A DNA stretch of 64,000 nucleotides from an uncultured Gammaproteobacteria bacterium. Lineage in GTDB: Bacteria > Patescibacteriota > Microgenomatia > Levybacterales > GWA1-39-11. The notes beneath the pieces were generated by a model. The model saw nothing but the letters and a program-made list of their open reading frames with translations. It made no database searches and was not told the origin of the DNA. The position numbers and the translations under genes are program-made. The DNA is taken from contig CAYVFE010000001.1 of assembly GCA_964450885.1 (NCBI GenBank), forward strand, positions 502,572-566,571, given 5' to 3'. Each line of letters begins with the position of its first letter. The first letter of the stretch is position 1. Positions 57,956 through 64,000 of the stretch are shown in pieces.

Positions 57956-59092
57956 ATGATGAAAAAGGTAGCCCTATTTTTGCTTTTTTTCCTGTGCTTT
58001 GTGCCGCAGGTAAGTGCTGTGTATGATCCTATAGAACGCCCTAATAATTTTTATGGGATACATATTCTTTTCCCATCTGAGCTTTCGGAAGCAGCAGCTT
58101 TGGTGAATTCCTCGCAGGGCGAGTGGGGATATGTGACAATACCTATTCAGGCTACAGACAAGGATCTTTCTAAATGGCAGGATTTTATGGATCAGTGCGC
58201 AGAAAAAAAACTTATACCGATAGTGCGTATTGCTACGGATCCATTATATAGTGATACTTCCGTGTGGAGGATCCCTACCGAGGCAGACATCATAGATTCT
58301 GCAAACTTTCTAAACTCCCTTGATTGGCCGATAGACAATAGGTATGTAATTATTTACAACGAGGTCAATCGTTTTGACGAATGGGGAGGACAGCCACCGG
58401 ATCCAGCCAGGTATGGAGAGCTCTTGTCTTTTGCCTACGATGTATTCAAAAGACGAAGTGAGGATTTTTATATCATAATGTCAGGTATGGATAATGCTTC
58501 CCCAAACGATCGGATAAAGTATATGGATAATCTTGTTTTTATCCGCGAGATGATAGATTCAAAACCAGAAATAGTAGATAAGATGGATGGATTTTCTTCG
58601 CATTCATATCCAAACCCCGGATTTTCGCAGCCACCCAGCAGCACCGCAGTGGAGGGAACAGCGACATATAAATATGAATACGATCTGATAAATGAGACGT
58701 CAAAAAAGAAAGTGCCGGCATTTATAACGGAGACAGGGTGGGTATCTGACAACCTTTCGGACGAAATCGTAGCGCAATATTATAAGACAGCATACGAAAA
58801 TATCTGGGGGGAGGATAAAGAGAGGATAGTTGCGATAACTCCATTTCTGTTGAATTCGACAGGGGGACAATTCGAGAATTTCTCATTCATAATCAATGGA
58901 GTGCATACTCAGCACTACGAAAGCAAAAAAAATCTTACCAAGACGCGCGGCGAGCCGGTTAAATCGGAGGTGAAAGGAGCGGAGGTCAAAGAGCCGGCTA
59001 AAAAGACCGAGAAGTTTTTCGCAAATAGCTTTGGTCTCAACAACAATCCGACAGAAGATTTTATAATAGAGTATATTCGTTTCTTCTTCTAA
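57956..59092 (+). CDS. Secreted hypothetical protein, probable GH-A clan (TIM-barrel) glycoside hydrolase.
   Basis: Signal peptide (MMKKVALFLLFFLCFVPQVSA). Candidate acid/base IIYNEVN and nucleophile ITETGW, spaced as in GH5/GH26/GH113-type enzymes. Confidence 0.4.
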   Translation: MMKKVALFLLFFLCFVPQVSAVYDPIERPNNFYGIHILFPSELSEAAALVNSSQGEWGYVTIPIQATDKDLSKWQDFMDQCAEKKLIPIVRIATDPLYSDTSVWRIPTEADIIDSANFLNSLDWPIDNRYVIIYNEVNRFDEWGGQPPDPARYGELLSFAYDVFKRRSEDFYIIMSGMDNASPNDRIKYMDNLVFIREMIDSKPEIVDKMDGFSSHSYPNPGFSQPPSSTAVEGTATYKYEYDLINETSKKKVPAFITETGWVSDNLSDEIVAQYYKTAYENIWGEDKERIVAITPFLLNSTGGQFENFSFIINGVHTQHYESKKNLTKTRGEPVKSEVKGAEVKEPAKKTEKFFANSFGLNNNPTEDFIIEYIRFFF

Positions 59093-59093
59093 G

Positions 59094-59492
59094 ATGTTTG
59101 GTGCAAAGAAAAAAAATAAAAAGCTTGAGTGGGAGAAAGATCTCGTGGCACAAGGTATGGTCGAGTCTTATGCTGCGACCGAGCATTTCAAGCACGTAAA
59201 GCCGGACAGGATATTTTGTTACAAGACGACTGGTTCAAAGGCTCGCGCGTATGCGCGTATCTGGGCTTTCCCGAAAATATTTCAGGATGCGCTCGATCTG
59301 GAGCCTGCATATGTCATCGAATGTATAACAGAGAAATTCGACAGATTAAAAGAGGAAGACAAGAAAAAAGTGATAATCCATGAGCTTTTACATATCCCCA
59401 AAAATTTTTCGGGAAGTCTTTTACCACATAAATACGGCAAAAAAAGGATTGACAGCGAAGTAAAAAAAATTTATAAAGCTTTGAAGGTATGA
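59094..59492 (+). CDS. Small HExxH-motif putative metallopeptidase-like protein.
   Basis: VIIHELLHIP, the only conserved-looking motif; 132 aa. Confidence 0.3.
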   Translation: MFGAKKKNKKLEWEKDLVAQGMVESYAATEHFKHVKPDRIFCYKTTGSKARAYARIWAFPKIFQDALDLEPAYVIECITEKFDRLKEEDKKKVIIHELLHIPKNFSGSLLPHKYGKKRIDSEVKKIYKALKV

Positions 59493-60169
59493 TAAGTCTT
59501 ATTCATGGTGATGACCTGGAAAGAATCGAAAAAACCCTTATAGATCTGACTTTAAAATCCAAAATTGTGAGGATTGATGGTGTAAAGATCAAGAAAAAAG
59601 AGCTTGAGGAGATCTTGTTGGGTGGTAGCCTTTTCGGTGAAGAAAGTCTTTTTGTCATAGATAGCCTTTATAAGAGCAAGAATAAGAAGGAGCTTTTGGA
59701 ATTTATTTCCATCCATAAAGATTCATTGACCGCTATCCTGGTTGAACGATCAAAGATTACTAAAAGAGACCTGGGATTGATCAAAGCGGACTCTGTCAGC
59801 GAATTTGCCCTTCCGCAGTACTATTTCAAATTTCTGGATGAGATCTATCCTGGTAACTCAAAAAGCCTTGATCGTGTCTATAGAGAGCTTTTGAAGACGA
59901 TGGGAGCTGAGCAAATCTTCTATTCTGTAATAAAAAGAGTGAGGGCGCTTATCGCGGTGCGAAGTGGCGCAAATAGTCATAGTGAGATAGTGCGTTTTGC
60001 CCCGTGGCAGCTGGGAAAACTCAGACAGCAGGCGTCTTTTTGGAGAGAGGAAGATCTTGTGGCTTTTTACAACAAGCTTTTTGAGATAGAAAAGAAGATG
60101 AAATCAAGCGCGCTTCCTTTAGGTCTTGAGAAATATCTTGACATAATGCTGATAACTGAATTAAACTAA
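59489..60169 (+). CDS. Possible DNA polymerase III delta subunit (HolA-like, compact).
   Basis: The N-terminus (MISLIHGDDLERIEK...LFGEESLFVID) resembles the HolA N-domain, and the remaining ~130 aa are consistent with a truncated HolA body. Overlaps the upstream stop (ATGA). Confidence 0.3.
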   Translation: MISLIHGDDLERIEKTLIDLTLKSKIVRIDGVKIKKKELEEILLGGSLFGEESLFVIDSLYKSKNKKELLEFISIHKDSLTAILVERSKITKRDLGLIKADSVSEFALPQYYFKFLDEIYPGNSKSLDRVYRELLKTMGAEQIFYSVIKRVRALIAVRSGANSHSEIVRFAPWQLGKLRQQASFWREEDLVAFYNKLFEIEKKMKSSALPLGLEKYLDIMLITELN

Positions 60170-60185
60170 ATCATCAATTTTAGCA

Positions 60186-62024
60186 ATGTCAGCTCAAAAT
60201 AACATGGCACCTCAAACAAAAGAACTTCTAGACAAAGCGCTCCAAGAGAAAAAACTCAATCAAAAAGCTTATGACGAGATAATCAGGTGGCTTACGGAGG
60301 AAGAATTTGAGGAATTCAAAGAAATACTGACGGGAAAAATCACAGATTCACAGTGGGAATTTTTGATGGACGCATTCTATAGAGTACTGATATTTGGTAC
60401 AGGGGGAATCAGAGGCGTAATGGATATAGGAACGAATAGGTTGAATAGTTATATGGTGAGATGGGCGTCACAAGCATATGCGCAATATCTTCTTAAGCAT
60501 AAAAGTGAACGCGTAAAAGATGGAGTCGCCATAGCTTATGATAGTAGGCATAACTCCAAAAAATTCACTGAAGAGACTGCCAGGGTCTTGGCGGCAAATG
60601 GAATTCCTGTGCATATTTATGACTATTACAAGGCCACTCCACAACTATCATTTACTGTCAGGGAGCTCGGGTGTGTAGGTGGAATAGTGCTTACTGCAAG
60701 TCATAATCCACCGGAATTTAATGGATATAAGGTCTATGATGAAAATGGTGTTCAGGTTCTGCCTGCTGTAGGACTTCAAATAGAGGAAGAATTCAAAGAT
60801 ATCAAAAGTATAAATAAGATGTCGTTTGATGAGGCTGTCGAAAAGGGACTTGTGAAATATATAGATAAGTCTGTAGATGAGAAATTTGCGCAGTCTGCGA
60901 AGGCGGCATCTACATATTCGGGACGAAACGTAAAGATAGTTTTTTCACCTCTTCACGGAGTTGGATCACAGTCCGTACTGCCGATACTTACAGAGCTTGG
61001 TTTTGATGACATAGTTCTCGTAGAGGATCAGATGAGTCTTGATGGAGATTTTCCAAACGTAGAAGGACATTTCCCTAATCCCGAATTTCCAGTCGTCTAT
61101 AAAAAGGCTATCGAGATCGCAAAAAAAGAAAATGCAGATATAGTCCTCGTATCTGATCCTGATGCTGACAGGTTAGGTATGGCAGTTCCTGATAAAAATG
61201 GAGAATGGACTCCTTTAAATGGGAATCAGGGAGCAGTCCTTATGGAGTATTTTCTACTTGAGAACTTGTCAAAGTCGGGCAAACTTCCTGCAAATCCAGT
61301 TCTGGTAAAAACCTCGGTCACGACAGACCTCTTCAAGGATGTTGGCGAGAGTTTTGGTGCGGAGGTTATAGGAGATCTTTTGGTCGGATTCAAATTTATA
61401 GGGGACAGGATAGAGCATTTGCCTGAGGGTAAAAATTTCGTATTTGCAGCAGAAGAAAGCGTAGGATATCTTTCGGGCCTTGCTTATCGCGATAAGGGAG
61501 CAGAAACGCCTGCTGTTATCGCGGCTGAGATGGCAGCTTACTGTCGGGACAACAATACCACTCCTATAGATATGTTGGAGTCGGTTTATCAGAAGTATGG
61601 TTATTATGCGGAAAGACTTTTCTACAAATTGATAGAAGGATTTGGGGCATTTGATCAAATGAATATGGCGATGGAGCAGCTTAGGACAAATCTACCAAAA
61701 GAGATAGGAGGAAGGAAAATCTTGAAGGTTCTCGACCGTCTTACGGGTGAGTTGCGTGATGGGCAGACCGGGGAGCTTTTGGAATCGCGTGATTGGGACA
61801 AAGGGGACATGATCTCTTTCTTTTTTACTGACGATGAGCGCACAGTGATTCATGCACGGCCTTCAGGAACCGAACCAAAGATGAAATACTATACGAATGT
61901 AAAAGGAAGATTGCAGGAGAGTTCAAAAGAAGATATCATGAAAGAGGCGGAGAAGCTCGAGAAGAGTATCGCCGGCATTTTTGAAGGTATAATAAAAGAT
62001 ATAAAGGTAGACGTTTTTAATTAG
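60186..62024 (+). CDS. Alpha-D-phosphohexomutase (phosphoglucomutase/phosphomannomutase family).
   Basis: Active-site Ser loop TASHNPPEFNGYKV and metal loop DPDADR. Confidence 0.9.
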   Translation: MSAQNNMAPQTKELLDKALQEKKLNQKAYDEIIRWLTEEEFEEFKEILTGKITDSQWEFLMDAFYRVLIFGTGGIRGVMDIGTNRLNSYMVRWASQAYAQYLLKHKSERVKDGVAIAYDSRHNSKKFTEETARVLAANGIPVHIYDYYKATPQLSFTVRELGCVGGIVLTASHNPPEFNGYKVYDENGVQVLPAVGLQIEEEFKDIKSINKMSFDEAVEKGLVKYIDKSVDEKFAQSAKAASTYSGRNVKIVFSPLHGVGSQSVLPILTELGFDDIVLVEDQMSLDGDFPNVEGHFPNPEFPVVYKKAIEIAKKENADIVLVSDPDADRLGMAVPDKNGEWTPLNGNQGAVLMEYFLLENLSKSGKLPANPVLVKTSVTTDLFKDVGESFGAEVIGDLLVGFKFIGDRIEHLPEGKNFVFAAEESVGYLSGLAYRDKGAETPAVIAAEMAAYCRDNNTTPIDMLESVYQKYGYYAERLFYKLIEGFGAFDQMNMAMEQLRTNLPKEIGGRKILKVLDRLTGELRDGQTGELLESRDWDKGDMISFFFTDDERTVIHARPSGTEPKMKYYTNVKGRLQESSKEDIMKEAEKLEKSIAGIFEGIIKDIKVDVFN

Positions 62025-62025
62025 T

Positions 62026-63048
62026 ATGAATCCTATAGACAAATCAAATTTTAGACAGATGTTGCTTGATAGCCCTGATCAATTCAAGACAGGATTTGAA
62101 ATAGCGGATGGTATAAAAGTCGAGGGGGAATTCAAGTCTATTATGCTTTCAGGGATGGGTGGATCAGCTCTTCCAGGGAACATATTGCGTGTGTATCTGA
62201 GCGAGCTTTTCAAGAACGATAAGAATCACAAGAGATTTGAAGTATACCAGAATAGATTCTATTCTCTTCCTCACGAAGCATTCGATAATTGTCTTAATTT
62301 TCTGATGTCCTATTCCGGGAATACAGAGGAGACTTTGGAGTCTTTTGAGGAGGTTTTGGAAAATAAGCTTCCGGCGATCGGAGTCAGTAGTGGAGGAAAA
62401 GTCGAAAAGATAAGCAACGATAACAGTATCCCTCACATAAAGATGCCGATGCCTTATCCTGACTTTCAACCTAGACTAGGGACGGGGTACTTTTTTGGCG
62501 CTCTTGTTCAGGTGCTCATAAATCAAGGGATGATTCCTGACACCAAAGATCAAATACTTTCTGCTGCACAAAAGCTTAAGGAGAATATAGGAGATATTGA
62601 AGAACGGGGAAAGTCTCTTGCTGGAAAGGTTAAAGGTAGGACCCCGGTTTTCTATACATCTACTAAATATAAGCCAATCGCTATGGTCTGGAAAATCATG
62701 ATAAATGAGAATGGGAAGACTCCTGCATTCTGGAATTTCTTCCCCGAGCTAAATCATAACGAGATGAATGGGTTTGTGAGCCGCCAGGGAGATTTTATCG
62801 CAATTATGTTAAGAGATCCGGAGGATCATCCCAGAAACCATAAAAGATTTGAGGTAACAGCACAAATCCTAAGAGATACAGGCATGGAATCGGAGATAAT
62901 CGATTATTCTCAGGGAGACGTATTCTACAAGATGTTCAGCTCATTACTTTTGGGCGGATTTACATCATATTACCTAGCACTTTCTTATGGAAACGATCCA
63001 ACTCCCGTAGATCTGGTCGAAAAGTTCAAAAAACTTTTGGAGTCTTAA
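62026..63048 (+). CDS. SIS-domain sugar-phosphate isomerase, bifunctional PGI/PMI-like.
   Basis: SIS motifs (LSGMGGSALPGN; SYSGNTEET); size fits the archaeal-type PGI/PMI family. Confidence 0.55.
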   Translation: MNPIDKSNFRQMLLDSPDQFKTGFEIADGIKVEGEFKSIMLSGMGGSALPGNILRVYLSELFKNDKNHKRFEVYQNRFYSLPHEAFDNCLNFLMSYSGNTEETLESFEEVLENKLPAIGVSSGGKVEKISNDNSIPHIKMPMPYPDFQPRLGTGYFFGALVQVLINQGMIPDTKDQILSAAQKLKENIGDIEERGKSLAGKVKGRTPVFYTSTKYKPIAMVWKIMINENGKTPAFWNFFPELNHNEMNGFVSRQGDFIAIMLRDPEDHPRNHKRFEVTAQILRDTGMESEIIDYSQGDVFYKMFSSLLLGGFTSYYLALSYGNDPTPVDLVEKFKKLLES

Positions 63049-63105
63049 ATAACCCACTTTCTTCTAGGATTGACTTATAGTATAACTATTTTTATAATAT
63101 GTCCT

Positions 63106-63522
63106 ATGGTTAAGAAAAGACGGGGAAGAAAAGAAATTATAACAAGCCATCAACGAGCTCATGAAGCCATTGCGCAAGCCAGGGTAGTGGGTACTCAAAA
63201 AGAAATAGTGCTTGATGAAGTGGAATTAATAGAGGATAAGGTATGCGAATTGTCTGAGGGAAAAGAGGTAGTAATAGAGGAGTCGTCTGAGATGATTAAG
63301 GAAAAATTTAGACTAAAAAGCGAGAAGGCTCATGAGCAGGCGAAAGAGTTGCAGAGTGACGTATATCGTTTGTTTGAGTTGACAAGAGATGGTGAACGAA
63401 CTCCTCAAAATTATCATGACGAACTCGTAAACGACCCCGAAATTTCAGGTGATGATGTGTATCGGGCAATTAGTTTCGGGATTGAAGCGTCTTCTCATCA
63501 ATTCCTCTCCAAAGAACGATAA
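63106..63522 (+). CDS. Hypothetical acidic protein.
   Basis: ORF only. I prefer the internal Met (MVKKRRGRKE) over the hydrophobic track start at 63070. Confidence 0.3.
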   Translation: MVKKRRGRKEIITSHQRAHEAIAQARVVGTQKEIVLDEVELIEDKVCELSEGKEVVIEESSEMIKEKFRLKSEKAHEQAKELQSDVYRLFELTRDGERTPQNYHDELVNDPEISGDDVYRAISFGIEASSHQFLSKER

Positions 63523-63561
63523 CTTCTTGCATTTAAATCCAAAATTGAGCACAATGTATGT

Positions 63562-64000
63562 ATGGTCACTTCTTCAGATTTAGTGGTATGGCTTTCCAGT
63601 GTCGACAAACACGACATACATTATGTGGGTAGTAAAAATGCGAATCTAGGAGAAATGATAAGGGCAGGATTCCCTGTCCCTGAAGGATTCGCGGTTACTT
63701 CGACGGCCTATTCCATATTTCTTAAGAAAAATAATCTCGATGAGAAAATAAAGCACCTTTTGGGGACGATAAATTATGATGATAATGACTCTATCTCTCA
63801 GGTAAGTGCTCATATAAAAAAACTTATAATAAGTTCAAGCATCCCTGAGGAGATTATAAAAGATATATTCAACGCGTATGAGAGAATGACTGTAAAGTAC
63901 GATTCTCCCTATGTCGCGATACGTTCAAGCTCAACAAGTGAGGATTCAAAAACAGCTTCATTTGCCGGACAACAGGAAACATATCTAAATATAAAAGGAG
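63562..64000 (+). CDS. PEP-utilising enzyme, N-terminal nucleotide-binding domain of PEP synthase / pyruvate phosphate dikinase (3-prime partial; runs off the window).
   Basis: IHYVGSKNANLGEMIRAGFPVPEGFAVTSTAY...AIRSSSTSEDSKTASFAGQQETYLNIKG matches the PPDK_N signature. Absent from the ORF track because no stop falls inside the window. Confidence 0.8.
   Translation, partial: MVTSSDLVVWLSSVDKHDIHYVGSKNANLGEMIRAGFPVPEGFAVTSTAYSIFLKKNNLDEKIKHLLGTINYDDNDSISQVSAHIKKLIISSSIPEEIIKDIFNAYERMTVKYDSPYVAIRSSSTSEDSKTASFAGQQETYLNIKG

Overview
This is an AT-rich, extremely gene-dense bacterial window with about 60 protein genes and 4 tRNAs. Many adjacent genes overlap by 1-14 nt. The content fits a small-genome, Gram-positive-like lineage such as CPR/Patescibacteria: gatCAB, GatD/MurT, a complete F1Fo operon with a short delta, a compact bL19, and many GT2-GT-C fusion proteins. 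That lineage assignment is my inference; I have no composition statistics or database hits. No CRISPR array and no transposase or integrase are present.

Gene layout:
- 1-14.9 kb: a large glycan-assembly locus. It encodes a GT-B glycosyltransferase, two GT2-GT-C fusion proteins, three stand-alone polytopic membrane proteins (7610-9148 PMT/ArnT-like; 12140-13705 GT-C-like), a Wzx-like flippase, an O-antigen-ligase-like protein, a GT2-methyltransferase fusion and a Zn-ribbon methyltransferase.
- 15.6-34.1 kb: a long minus-strand block. It carries atpBEFHAGDC, dnaE, a stand-alone GGDEF cyclase, gatCAB, gatD/murT, htpX, lemA and a PolX-PHP polymerase.
- 34-38 kb: tRNA-Asp, a LysM protein, tRNA-Gly, pyrG, a compact rplS and yraN.
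- 38.1-40.3 kb: a 7TM membrane protein translationally coupled to an ATP-grasp (RimK-like) ligase fused to a retropepsin-like peptidase. I regard this as the most interesting functionally uncharacterised system in the window.
- 40.3-52.9 kb: ruvCAB, a P-type Ca/Mg ATPase, greA, PBP1A, DUF1801, DUF1761, a DHFR-like protein and a GH1 beta-glucosidase.
- 53.0-64.0 kb: tRNA-Lys and tRNA-Glu flanking a membrane protein, a processive GT2 synthase behind a consensus sigma70 promoter, dus, a secreted GH-A-like hydrolase, a phosphohexomutase, a PGI/PMI-like isomerase and the 5-prime part of a PEP-utilising dikinase.

Several genes (pyrG, polX, GH1, ruvC) have a -10 element only 1-8 nt upstream of the start codon, which suggests leaderless transcripts. 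Coordinates of RNA and regulatory features that I read by hand may be off by 1-2 nt.
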